The notes beneath the pieces are model-generated. The model was not told the origin of the DNA. It was given only the letters and a program-made list of their open reading frames with translations, and made no database searches. The translations under genes were made by a program, and so were the position numbers. A stretch of 48,346 nucleotides of DNA from Tubiluchus corallicola (Eukaryota > Animalia > Priapulida), in assembly GCA_030141605.1 (NCBI GenBank), contig JAQGDQ010001305.1:1-48346 (forward strand). The letters are read 5' to 3'. This document shows positions 11,181 to 23,523 of the stretch, piece by piece. Positions within the stretch are counted from its first letter, which is position 1. Each line of letters opens with the position of its first letter.

Positions 11181-12783
11181 GATGAAAAAAGAATCTCGTG
11201 ATCGTCGTGACTGTTAATCTGAAATAAGCAAAAAAATGAAGTGTTATTTACGGCTCGGTCAGCTAAAACCATTTTATTACTGCACAGGATCTAGAGTTCG
11301 AATCACACGAGTTTCATGACGATCCGATCATTTGTGGACGAACACACACACGGACAGTAGGGTCATTTAAAATTTAAAAATTCAACAAGAAAATAGTCAA
11401 ACTTACCAATTTAATAATGCAGCTAAATATCGTATCTGAAAAACATAACAACTTTTAATTGCATGCAATAAACGTTAACTTTCTTATAATTTTATGGCAA
11501 CTCTAATGTTAATGTACAGGGTCAAAATAAGTAATAACGAATATGAAGGCTTGATGATGAAAGCTTGATAAGCAAATAAACACTAGTAGTTAGCAATCTT
11601 ACAATGGAATGCTTAATCTGAAAAAAAATGTACACCAATATAATATCATAGTAGCATGGTGGTGGCAGTAGCAGTAAATGTAGTACAAAATTTACATTTA
11701 AACGTGTGTACTTAATTACTATCTTGGTAATTTAAAATTTCAAAGAAAGACAAAGTTTGGACCTGAAAAAAATGACATTTTTTTATGACGTGCATTAAAA
11801 GTTAACTTTCTCATAATATTATAGCAGCTCCGATGTGAATCTACAGTCCTCATAATATTACAGCAGCTCTAATGTGAATCTACAGTCCTGCATTTAGCAA
11901 GCTGTCTGCCAGTATTCAAAGTCAGTGGATACTTTAATGAACAACCTTGTGGCTGGTCAGAATGCGTACCCATGATTCCTCAAAAGGCACACATTTATAG
12001 GCAAGTGTACAACGAGTCATTATTCATTAATCATTCAGTAGTCACTATTCATTTATTAACCGGGCTTTATGTTGCTTAACTTCGTCTGCGGAAATTTTCG
12101 TTTTTTTGGCAGACGTGTCACTGATAACGAAAAATACAAACACATCAAGGGCTACTTAATTTTATTACAAAAATCAGCACTTATCTTAAACAGCCATTTG
12201 AGAGTTCAATTATAAACGCGTAATTTAAATTTGAACAGCAACATTTTTAACTGTGCTGTTTTTTCTACAGCATGAAGATTGGCTTCTTTATGACACTGAA
12301 AATCCATTTACCAGACTCAGTATGAAGCCAGCTGATAAACACATTTTTGCTTCACAGGGTGGAGGTAAAAATTTTAATAAAAAATCCGTAGATTTATAAC
12401 TAGTCTTTCCTAAGTAACACCTTAAGCAGTTACTGTGGTAAATATTTATCTCTCGATTTTAATCAAAGACAGTCAAACAATAGAAATAGAACCACTTTTA
12501 TTTCGCACACGTGGACAAACACGCTTCCGTGTTATTTGATCAGCCCATTTCAGCTTGTTAGAATATTTCTACCACGCCGTTTCTTTTGCGACACCCTGTA
12601 CAAACGTTTCTGGGTCACTGGCTGTCGAATTTTCATTCATTTTTATTCCTAAGCGGCGTACTTTTCATGTAAAGAAGCTGAAGTGTGGTGAAAAAAGGTC
12701 AAAGCAAACAGAGCCAAATATACAGAAATACCGAACTAATTATAAAGGACAAAAACTGGCCGAAATGCTACAACAACAGCAAT

Positions 12784-13265
12784 AAAATTTGCGATTCAGA
12801 TGCGCCAAGCAAAATCATAAACTCTTGAACTCTAAACGTCTACTGCTCATGCGCAGGAAAAACAGTTGTTTACATGTCAAAAATTTGCGATTCAGATGCG
12901 CCAAGCAAAATCAAACTCTTGAACTCTAAACGTCTACTGCTCACGCGCAGGAAAAACAGTTGTTTACATTTGGATATTTTTGAAGATTTGAGCTCTAAAC
13001 GTCTACTGCGCATGCGCAGAAAAAACAGTTGTTTACATTTGAAAATTTTTGAAGATTTGAGCTCTAAACGTCTACTGCTCATGCGCAGGAAAAACAGTTG
13101 TTTACATTTGAAAATTTTTGAAGATTTGAGCTCTAAACGTCTACTGCTCATGCGCAGGAAAAACAGTTGTTTACATTTGAACGCTTTTAAAGATTTGAGC
13201 TCTAAACATCTACTGCTCATGCGCAGGAAAACATGCGCAGGAAAAACAGTTTACATTTGAACATT
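12784..13265. repeat. Minisatellite (two ~95-bp units then ~69-bp units) containing TGCTCATGCGCA/TGCGCATGCGCA and TGTTTAC
   Basis: Directly visible; explains the 23-aa periodic ORFs at 12870-13260. Confidence 0.93.
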
Positions 13266-13601
13266 TTTAAAGAAATAAATAATTTGAGCAAAGTTTTGGA
13301 TGCAATTAAAATAGCAAAAGTACTAAATTGTTCTTATCTTAAACGTGTATAACAAGGAAATAAATTAATGCCGGTCTTTGTCCATTTATTTCTATTGCAA
13401 ACTGAATTAACGCAGATTTGTCTAGTATTAGTTTAAATTTGCCAAAAATGGATAAAAAAAATGCTGTTATTTCCGTTACGCTGAACATCAGTGTGTTTAT
13501 TCAATAATAAAGAAAAGAAGCGAAGAAAGAAATGATAAAATTCGTAGTATAAGCAGGTTAAAATGGAACAAATTGGAGGCCTATTCATTATTTTTTGTAT
13601 C

Positions 13602-14085
13602 CTGTAGCGGATAGCCCTATAGGCTGAATAGGCTGAAGCCTAAGGCCCGGGATCAAAAGGGGCCCGGCAAAATAAAATATAGAAAAAGCTTTTTTTCAAA
13701 AATTAGTCACTATATTTCAAATCGGGTTTACACAAATCAAGTTTACACAATTTAAGTTTACACAATTCAAGTTTACACAATTCAAGTTTACACAATTCAC
13801 GTTTACACAGTTTAAGTTTAAGTTCAAAATTTCAGTTTCCGAATTTTTCTGGGGGCAAAGTCAGTTATAATTTCTGAAAAGTCCATTTTTTTCAACATAT
13901 CTGACTCAATATGCATCAGTGAAAAATGGTTTAATTTGTCATCCTTCAGAGATGACCGTAAATAAGTTTTTATCTTACAAACGACGAGAGCTCCACGAAA
14001 ACACGTCAGCTCAGCAGTGTAGTAACATTTAAAAGGCCCGTTCCAAGCTCAAGCCTAAGGCCCATAAAATCATAATCCGCCGCTG
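13602..14085. mobile_element. Probable non-autonomous hAT-like MITE with internal (CAAGTTTACACAATT)n
   Basis: Ends CTGTAGCGGAT.. / ..ATCCGCCGCTG imperfectly inverted; AAGCCTAAGG(G)CCC motif near both ends; no clean TSD. Confidence 0.45.
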
Positions 14086-14224
14086 CATGCAGTACAGATG
14101 GGCGGATAGCTGATTTGCAGTCATGCGGTTGCGGTGTCCGCATTGGTTATGCGAAATGCGGATGTATTATTTGCAGATATGCGGATTTTTAATGTCAAAA
14201 ATTTGGTATTTTACGCGAAATTTC

Positions 14225-14229
14225 ATATG

Positions 14230-14298
<69 letters not shown>

Positions 14299-14300
14299 AT
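14225..14300. repeat. (TA)n/(CA)n/(TG)n microsatellite
   Basis: Directly visible. Confidence 0.95.
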
Positions 14301-14590
14301 GTATCAAAATATATATCTAAAATTCTAAATATCCGAGAATTAACAAAAAAACTATAGCCACATAGGTACATACTCACATAGCCGCCATGTCTGCCATGTT
14401 AAAAATTTAAAAAAAACATTTTCTTACCTTAGTTATAAAAATCACTTATAAATTATAAAGATCACTTAAAATATGCACAATACTCAACAATACACAATAG
14501 CTAAATAAATTTTATTCATACAAGATATTGTATTCATATAAAAGACTGATTGATTGATATTAAATAATAAGTTCGCACTATCGTACTTAC

Positions 14591-14638
14591 GTCGCTCAAA
14601 CAAAGGAGACTGTACGTCGGTTGTCCAGTGCTTTTATA
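14591..14638 (-). promoter_or_regulatory. Candidate TATA promoter and short first exon of the zinc-finger gene
   Basis: Minus strand TATAAAAG (14638-14631), Inr-like ACAGTC ~27 nt downstream, then GAC|GTAAGT donor at 14590. Confidence 0.5.
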
Positions 14639-14874
14639 CTCGAAATGGTTTCGGACGGGTCTATTTTAACAAGAAAGGGTGGAGTCTTTGGCTATTCAGT
14701 GTTCTCAGAATTAGGAACGCGTTGTACAGCGTAATACAGTAGCCCAGTAGCAGGTCTAGCTAACATTTCAGTACTTCAGGTATTTCAGTTCTAAACAATC
14801 AACAACCATAACTGTATGTATACGTGACTGTAGTATAGTCTATGTTTGGATACGTTGATCATGGCCGCCAAGCA

Positions 14875-15305
<431 letters not shown>

Positions 15306-15833
15306 TTTATGCAACAACTTCACATCTGATAATGTAATAAATTCATGATTGTTATAACATAAACTTAGTATTGTTAAATGTTGAAACCAAACTCGGCTGA
15401 AAGAAAAGTGTAGGGGTACAGCCTGAATTTGAACCAGGAACTCTTTGTTTACAAGTCGACGCTGTGACCCTACGTTATTGCTGTCGCAAACGGTGATCAT
15501 GAGAGATGTATATTTAATCTGTATAATTTATGAGAGATGTATAATGGACATTTTCCCGACAAATCACAAAGAAATGGCATCTATCTTCATGTGTCAACAC
15601 ATTTTATTTACTTGGACATTTATTTATGTATGTATGTATGATCAGTACTAGTAATGTAAGCAATGATGGCTCAAAAAAACAAGAGAAAATCATTAATCCT
15701 ATACATAGGAAGAAACAGCTTAAACTTAGGAGAAACACAGATAAAAATGCCAGAAAAACTAACAACAGTAAGAGCAAAAATTAATAGTTTGTAAGAACTG
15801 GGTTAGAGTTACACAAATTGACAAGAGATGGCG

Positions 15834-15835
<2 letters not shown>

Positions 15836-15871
<36 letters not shown>
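15836..15871. repeat. (CA)n microsatellite
   Basis: Directly visible. Confidence 0.95.
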
Positions 15872-15873
<2 letters not shown>

Positions 15874-16234
15874 TATGAGTTTGTATTTTTAGTGGATAGA
15901 TGGCGCTAGCGGGTGGAGAGCGGTGGATAGATGGCGCTAGCGGGTGGAGAGCGGTAAACAATAATCAACAGATGTGAAGTTAAAACACATCATGTATGCT
16001 GTATAGTGTCTATTAATATACTGGTATGTGTTTTTGAATCAAAGGTGAGATAACACGTTTTATAAACTAGTGAGCTTCCTTGAGGAAGTGGCTTCTAGAA
16101 AGCAGAAAAGTGGTCCAAAATGCAGCAAAATGTTGTCCGAGTGGACCTCGTTGGGGAGCTTACATTGTTCCTTCAGACCCCCGAACTGCTTTTCTGTTGG
16201 GCACACCGTTGTTCTGAACCCTGTATCCGCCCCT

Positions 16235-16371
16235 GTTGTTGTTGTTGGCATCCTCCTGTCTCGGAAGACAATGGAGTGTGCGCCAAGAGAGTCAGTTATT
16301 GATCACATCGATGGAGCTGCAGCGTCGACTATGGCTGAGCAGTCCGATCCTTGAACGTCTCCAGGGCGCAC
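16235..16371 (-). mobile_element. 5'-truncated retroposon 3' end (RTE-like tail) with (CAA)n terminus; homologous to the SINE tail at ~26953-27080
   Basis: About 130 bp nearly identical, in inverted orientation, to the SINE tail (..CCATTGTCTTCCGAGACAG.AGGATGCCAAC); ends in CAA repeats. Confidence 0.8.
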
Positions 16372-16616
16372 AGTTTACAGCTTCGATAATCTCCGATAAC
16401 TGAACTACTTTCATAATGCAGCGCCACGCTCACCGTCACTTATAAATACGTGATTGAAAAGGTAACCATTTAATAATCTGGCGCCACCTTCAGGCCCACG
16501 AAAGTACTATTTGACTACTAAAGCACTTGAAACGCGTTGCTGTTGCCACACGAAATAATCTTATATACCATTCTCTAAAAATTAATCATTTGAAAACGTG
16601 TTTTCAACTTCAGGCA

Positions 16617-16763
16617 TCATTATAAACTAAAAACTAAATCAGTTAACAAAGTGGCGCCATCTTTCGTATGCATTCAAAGTACTTTATAGGTCATTATAAA
16701 CTAAAAACTAAACCAGTTAACAAAGTGGCGCCATCTTTCGTAAGCATTCAAAGTACTTTATAA
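16617..16763. repeat. Tandem duplication of ~75 bp containing GTGGCGCCATCT
   Basis: CATTATAAACTAAAAACTAAA.CAGTTAACAAAGTGGCGCCATCTTTCGTA.GCATTCAAAGTACTTTATA twice. Confidence 0.9.
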
Positions 16764-18139
16764 GTATTAAACATTTGTCATGGAAACTGATATTAAAAAT
16801 CAAGAAAAAAACAGTTTATTTATTTATTTAATCTACCAAAGTTTATTTAATCATCAGTACATAAAATAGTTTTCACGAATTGAAAATAAATTAATGCATT
16901 TTGCTATTCTGTAATTTCATTACATAAAATTTTGCCCTAAATCTAAATAAAAATTGTAATAAGTCAGATAAATTTACAAATATAGTGGTAAATAAGATGA
17001 TATACATTACACAAACCTAAATGTGTTCTCTATAGTATCGAACCATCTCTTGAAATACATATACAGAGACTTCATTACAAACTATGGCAAGCCTAGAACT
17101 GATTCACAGAAAGGCCCTGCAAAAAGTTTTGCATATAAGTACTCTTATAACCAAAAATACGCGTTTTCCCGGACCCAACTCGCGATTTTTCCAAAATTTT
17201 GACCAAACAGCATCGGGTAGGAAAAACCATTCTAGCGGCGCCTGGTGGGACTCTCGGAAGGAGATATATAACTCTTTACAAAGAGGAAGAACAGGGCTAT
17301 ACGATGATGTGGGCTGCATTTTAGGGCAGGTCCACTGAGAGGAGTACCGGCGAGTTAATTAGATGTTCTATTTTTGGCAATTTTCGCTTAGAAAACTGCT
17401 GACGCAAAGCCATTGTTCTGACGTCATCCATTGTACTCTGCTTATGACTTTAATTCAGTAAAACCTGGTGCTGCTGGCTTTGTATTAGGTAAGTAAACGA
17501 ACACTAGGTAGGACGTTCGCGCATTGTTGATTGTACGTGTATTTATAAGCAAAATTTTTTGCGGGGCCTTTGCAAGTATCTAAAACCATAATGGTGTATC
17601 TATGCCTTTTAAGATATCGATTTCTAAACATGGGAATGACGAAATAAATAGACTCACAAAATGCAAGCTTGTGCTGAGTACAATACAAAAATAAAAGTAA
17701 AATTATGCGCGCTTAAAATTAGTAGCACCAAAAGTGAAAAAAAATGGAACAGTCCAGTGAAAAGTGTAAACAGCAGTTTTTTATAACTAGCTTTGTAAAC
17801 TTGCTTGGAAATTACAGAAGATTGAAAACTCGCGCGATTAAAGACCAGCGACAATAAAAGTTTTTGTTTTACGAAAATCTTAGCACAAAACAAAGTGATC
17901 AAACGACTCCATTTTCAGTCGGCCTCGAGTTAATAAAATCCAAAACTTTCTTGAAAATTTTCGAAGTTTTGCAAAGCGCGTTTTGTCTAAAAATTGCTTA
18001 GCAAAGGCACAGCATGAAAAACTCGGGGAAAAAACAGCATAAGGGGAGTAGTTAGTAAGAACCGGGGGGGGGGGAGCAAAGGGAGCAATCGCTCTCATCG
18101 ATCACATATTTCAAAATTCGTGCCTTTTCAACAATGGAG

Positions 18140-18628
18140 TCATTACTTTATTTGAACAACCTGCCTCCCGTGTTTTTGAAATGAGGTTGAATTTACACAA
18201 CTCATTTGTCAAGATTGACTGATTGAACCCAGGACCAAATTGTCCCAAATCTCACTGTTAACTCTTTAGTTCACATCCGGGATAAAAGTCGAATCTTTTT
18301 TTTACTTTTTTAATGACGTTGAAAGAATTTTCTAGAATCATTACTTGATTTGACCAACCTGCCTCCCTAGCTTGCTTCCATTTACACAACTCATGTGTCA
18401 AGATTGACTGATTGAACCCAGGATCAAATTGTCCCAAATCTCACTGTTCACTCTTTAGTTCACATCCGGGATAAAAGTCGAATCTTTTTTTTACTTTTTT
18501 AATGACGTTGGAAGAATTTTCTAGAATCATTACTGTATTTGACCAACCTGCCTCCCTAGTTTGCCTGCATTTACACAACTCATGTGTCAAGGTTGACTGA
18601 TTGAACCAAGGACCAAATTGTCCCAAAT
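18140..18628. repeat. Tandem repeat, ~189-bp unit, ~2.5 copies
   Basis: ATTTACACAACTCAT recurs at ~18191, ~18380, ~18569. Confidence 0.9.
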
Positions 18629-19004
18629 TAAATTATAATAATAATATACATTCTTGTCACACGAGTGCATAATATTAGGCATTTTAAGTACAAAACGGAA
18701 AGTCAAGCACTTATTTTAAAACTGTATCTGCCTCGTGTTTAGATTTTAAACGCAAAATTAAAATGCACAATAAAAACTGTTTCGCATGCGTCACGACACC
18801 CTGTTTTACGTGCTTGCTCCCCCTAATTTTAGAACCTGGCTACGCCCCCGGGACATATACAAGCTCTAGCTGGAGATGAACACTGCGATTAATTTTTCAC
18901 GACAATTATAAGCCATGATGTCCTTTCAACACCACGGAGGAAAAAAGATGACGTTTCTAACGCGTAGATATCACAGGCTAACGCAACTGCTCCTAAACAT
19001 GCTC

Positions 19005-19284
19005 CTACTTTCTCTTCATCTTTTCCATCACATCCTTCCTCTTTTCCGACGCCTTCTTGCGCACGATCTTCCGAATCTCCTTGACGGGCTTGATCCTCCC
19101 CTTTTTCTTCAAGTAGGAGATTGCCCACGTCGTGCACGCGACCGTGACGGTGTACCGCGCTGGCGTCGCGACTTTGTACATCGCAAACGTGACGGCCAGC
19201 GTCCCGGCTCCCGTCTTCTTGACCGGGTCGAGTACCCACTCGGGCGTACGCAGCAACTCCAACAAGGGCACGACGTCGATTCCG
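19005..19284 (-). CDS. FAM210A: FAM210A-like (DUF1279) mitochondrial membrane protein, last coding exon
   Basis: TTTCTTATAG|C acceptor; GIDVVPLLELL...TLAVTFAMYKVATPARYTVTVACT matches the recalled FAM210A motif (AYALFKIATPARYTVTLGGT), followed by a basic helical tail and TAG. Confidence 0.85.
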
Positions 19285-19603
19285 CTATAAAGAAAACGTT
19301 AAATCGTTAAAACTTTCGCTACGCAAAAAAATCTTTCGCATGCCAAGAATGCGTGAGAAATGTGAACTTAAAGCACAACAGTTTTTCGTGTTCGTTTGTG
19401 ACGTACGTCACACGTAACGTTCTACATTTCGCAGCATGATTTCTTTATCCTTTTGATTAGTAATATTCTGTATATAAAATCTTCTATTTACAAATTCTGT
19501 CACAGCAGTAATAGGGCTGTCTATATAAATATAAATTCCATTGCAGTTTGGCTGCAAAAACTATTAATAATCTGGAATAGCATGTTGTTATATAGTTTAT
19601 ATA

Positions 19604-20257
19604 GGTTTTACACGTCAAATGTAGACACAGGAATTTCGAATGTGTTTTGGTAACTCGAATGTGACTTAGGTAAGTCAAATGTAGATATAGGAATTTCGAT
19701 GAAAAGATAAAACCAAATTCAAATTCAAATAAGTTTGAAAAATGCGTTGTTTATCGTCAAAAGAAATTCTTTGATAAACCATAATGTCGGCAGAAAAGAA
19801 TAAATCGGTTCCCACTTCCGAATGAACAGTGAATCACTAATTAGTTTTGTACGTAATGCATTAGCACTGCGTTAATGAATTGGTTTCTCTTAAGAAACGT
19901 TGTTTATTTTAAGAATGTATTGTTTTCTCTAACATTTCCAATGGTACGTAAAGTTTGCAGAATATTAGTGAACCTATAACATTGTTATTTTAACTTGGGA
20001 GCAATTATTAAATTGAAAATAAAGAAGATTAAATTTAACATCCTTAAACTTTACCACCTATCCACATTTGAGATACCAATGTCACATTTGACTTGACATG
20101 TGTCTACATTTGACTTACCAAAAGCGCTCAAGATTTGTTGAAAACCATTGTTAACACATTTGAACTACCTAAGTCTACATTTGAGTTACCAAGACACATT
20201 TAAATTACCTAAATTTACATTTGAGTTAACGCAGGTCTACATTTGACATGTAAAACC
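19604..20257. mobile_element. MITE with TIR GGTTTTACA.GTCAAATGTAGAC, TATA flanks and internal subrepeats; second partial copy at ~21533-22050
   Basis: TATA-GGTTTTACACGTCAAATGTAGAC ... GTCTACATTTGACATGTAAAACC-TATA; body repeated at 21.5-22.0 kb. Confidence 0.8.
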
Positions 20258-20412
20258 TATAATAGTAATGAGATGATACAATAGTTTATAGTAATGGAAA
20301 TTTTTCTATGTTGTTTGCAGTAATTATTCAAAGTGGAGACAAAATACAGTTATAGCTAACCTCGTTATAGCTAACCCCCTCCCCCCCTTCTTATCACACT
20401 AACCTCGCTTAA

Positions 20413-21083
20413 AGCACAAGAAAACCCTCCACTTACTCAAAGCTTAAAAAATTCGTCTTGAAATTTTATACCATTTACTTACTGCCTTTTGCTGTGCAGA
20501 GTTTACATTGGCCGTAATGCTGTATAAAACATGTAAATTTAAACTCCCGCGATGACCGTTAGGCGCAGCCATTTTGACGATAAGTTATTTGAAACAAGTT
20601 TAGATAACACTGAGTGGAAGTTTGAAAAAATAATCAGAGCATTCGTAGCATACATGTTGCTAATTAAGTAAAATTTTAAATTACTGTATCTCGTCAAAAA
20701 GATTAAAAATACGTTTTTGGTTAGCGAGTGGTGCACCCTGGAGGGTGAGTCAGTGACATTTTACCAATTGGCACACATATTTTAAAATATTATTTCTAGT
20801 TACATAAGTCTTTCCAGCAGGTACGCAAAATGTTAAGTAATATAGATTTGCATGGAAAGTTTTTTGGGTCATAATTTAACATTTCCTTTTCTTCTCTGGA
20901 TTTACGTGGCGTAGTGACGTCATGTAATGGAACCGTCGGAACAGTATTGCGGGAGATTTAAAATGAAAACAGACAAAAATTCCTTTCAACGCGAGTACGA
21001 TATATGCATGAATTGCTATAGAGTAATATAATTTTTTAAAGCAAATTCTCTGAAACCACTTCAGGTGCCCCTTTTCTTGTTCT
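20413..21083. mobile_element. Kolobok-like non-autonomous DNA transposon, family A (other copies 46999-47636; partial ~7065-7400, ~24400-24761, ~39085-39342)
   Basis: TTAA|AGCACAAGAAAA ... TTTTCTTGTTCT|CTAA; AG..CT termini with TTAA-type flanks; several dispersed copies in window. Confidence 0.7.
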
Positions 21084-21291
21084 CTAAAACATGAATACAT
21101 TTTTTTAAACACTACGACTCAAACAGCAGAAATTCAGACAAAAGAGCATACTAATGGTACCAAACGTAGCGTAATATTTACCTCAAATTTAGGAAGAAAT
21201 CATGATAACCAGTGATGGGCAATTAATCCAATTAATCCTAATTGGAATCAAGTGAAAATTGGTACAAGCGATGGAACAGTAATTCAATTAA

Positions 21292-21500
21292 CCCTTATAG
21301 GGTCACGGGGGGGGGTAAAAATTACCCCCAGACCGGTTTTTTGCATTTTACCCTTTTACCATACGCATCCCAGTAAACCTTTTCTCTGACTTTTTCTAAA
21401 TATGTTTTGTGCACAAAATACTTTCAGTTATTTATTTTAGGCGCATTGTCTCACCACGAAATAAAAGTGAAAATGCAATATGTCGATTTTTTAAAGTTGT
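21292..21500. mobile_element. Truncated piggyBac-like terminus
   Basis: TTAA|CCCTTATAGGGTCACGGGGGGGGGTAAAAATTACCCCC; no matching opposite end seen. Confidence 0.4.
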
Positions 21501-22158
21501 CGAAACTTTACTTCGCTTGTCTATACTATATAGGTGTTACACGTGAAATGTAGACATCGGAAAGTTCAAATGTGACTTAGGTAAGTCAAATGTAGACATA
21601 GGAATTTCGAATGTGTTTTGGTAACTCGAATGTGACTTAGGTAAGTCAAATGTAGACACAGAAATTTCAAATGTTTTGGTAACTCAAATGTGACTTAGGT
21701 AAGTCAAATGTAGACATAGAATTCTACATTTTATTTGTCAACCTTTTACAAAAAATGTCGGCAGAAAAGAATAAATCGGTTCCCACTTCCCAATGAACAG
21801 TGAATCACTAATTAGTTTTGTAAGTAATGCATTTAGCACTGCATTAATGAATTAGTTTATCTCAAGAAACATTGCTTATTTTAAGAACGTTTTGTTTTCT
21901 TTAACAGTTCCAATGGTATGTAAAGTTTGCAGAACATTAGTGAACTATTAGTAGACCTATAACGTTGTTATTTTAACTTAGGAGCAATTATTAAATTGAA
22001 ATTAAAGAACATTAAATTTAACATCCTTAAACTTTACCACCTATTCACATGAAGAATGAAAGTGTTCTGTTCTTTCAAACTATTTAAACTTGTAATATTG
22101 CATTTGCATCAATGGAATTTTGCCATGTATGACCGAATTCAAAGGCTGGAGATAATAG

Positions 22159-22534
22159 TAGGGGTGAGCATCGAATGCTCGAATTCGATTCGAACGAGTT
22201 TTTTCAGTTCGAACTCGATTCGAATCCAAAACTATAGATTCGAATAATTCAGCACTTCAATCACATAGGTTCTTTATCACTAAAACGATTGAAACATCAT
22301 GCAATTAGTATAATTTAGCTGTGATTTCTGCGCACAATTTTAAAGAAATTACTAGTCGTTTCATTGCAGAACAAAATCTAATGATATGCATGATCTTCGT
22401 AAGATTATTTTTTAATGGTGGTTCGAAAACTTGTTCGAAAATCTTTCAATCTCAATTCGAATTCGGTTCGAATTTGAAACACTGAAGTTCGGTTCGATTC
22501 GAATTCGCTTTCTGGTAGAGAATGCTCACCCCTA
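22159..22534. mobile_element. hAT-type MITE with 8-bp TSD GATAATAG; rich in TTCGAA/TTCGATTCG motifs
   Basis: TIR TAGGGGTGAGCAT / ATGCTCACCCCTA; perfect TSD at 22151-22158 and 22535-22542. Confidence 0.9.
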
Positions 22535-23114
22535 GATAATAGTAACTTACTGAAGCTAAACATCAGTACACAGGGATCTATACATGTGATTTATAAAACA
22601 CAACGTGCATGAAGTATCATAATCACGGTTTCATCACATAAAACAAGAGTTATGAAGAAGTTTTGATATTATGGCAACTCGAACCACTTTTCTTGACCCA
22701 GATTTCTGCAGTGTACCACTATAATCTGGCGCATCATTTTAAAGCCCTTGAGCAACTCACTCTGTTCTCAACCCAGATCTTAGTTCCCAAGCTCAAGATC
22801 TCCTATCTCTCTCAATTTCTCACACAGCGTTTTATATCTGTGATGTCTCAGTTTACATCCACTTTAAACTACAATTTGTTTAATAATCTGACAGTAGTTG
22901 ATATTTATGCACAGCATTGTTACAGAAGTTTACTTCCCATCAATAGTAAACCACATGCATAATTATGAGTTTTTAAGGTGGTAGTTGCATGGGTACAAAC
23001 AATTATTGTGTGCCCTGTGATTGGAAAGCATGCTACTGCTCTGGTTGGCTATAACTACTTATTTGCTTTTAAGGTTAGCCTGCCGCTCACTGTTATGAAA
23101 CTTTGGCAAAAAAG

Positions 23115-23523
23115 TAGGGATGAGTATCGAATTTTCGATGTCGAACGTTCGAATTCGATTTTTTCACTTTTTTAGAAATTAGTTGTTTTAGTTCGAATTC
23201 GATTCGAGCCTAAAGCCATTGATTTGAATAATTTCTCACTTCAACGACATATTTCCTTTCTTTATCATTAAAGTGTTTGAAACATCATGCAATTAGCACA
23301 ATTTAGTTCTGATTTCTGTACACAATTTTTAAACAGATTATCAGTGGTTTTACTACAAAGCAAAATCAAGCAATATGCATGATATTTGTAAAAATAATCG
23401 TTCTTTACTGGTAGTTCAAGAATGTTTCAAATTCAATTCGAATTTGAAATACTGAAATTCGATTCGATTCGAATACAAAAGTCATTCTGGTATAGAATAC
23501 TCAGTGCTCGCTGCTCACACCTA
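23115..23523. mobile_element. Second, diverged copy of the TAGGG hAT MITE
   Basis: TAGGGATGAGTATCGAA.. to ..TGCTCACACCTA; internal similarity to 22159-22534. Confidence 0.8.

Noticed and set aside
11250-11312. tRNA gene (A-box-like GGCTCGGTCAG, B-box-like GTTCGAATC); similar B-box at ~9310
   Set aside because: No cloverleaf could be formed; at most a decayed tRNA-SINE head
900-14800. Zinc-finger gene as cargo of a giant transposon or endogenous virus
   Set aside because: No terminal repeats, TSD, transposase, integrase, polymerase or capsid sequence recognised around the gene
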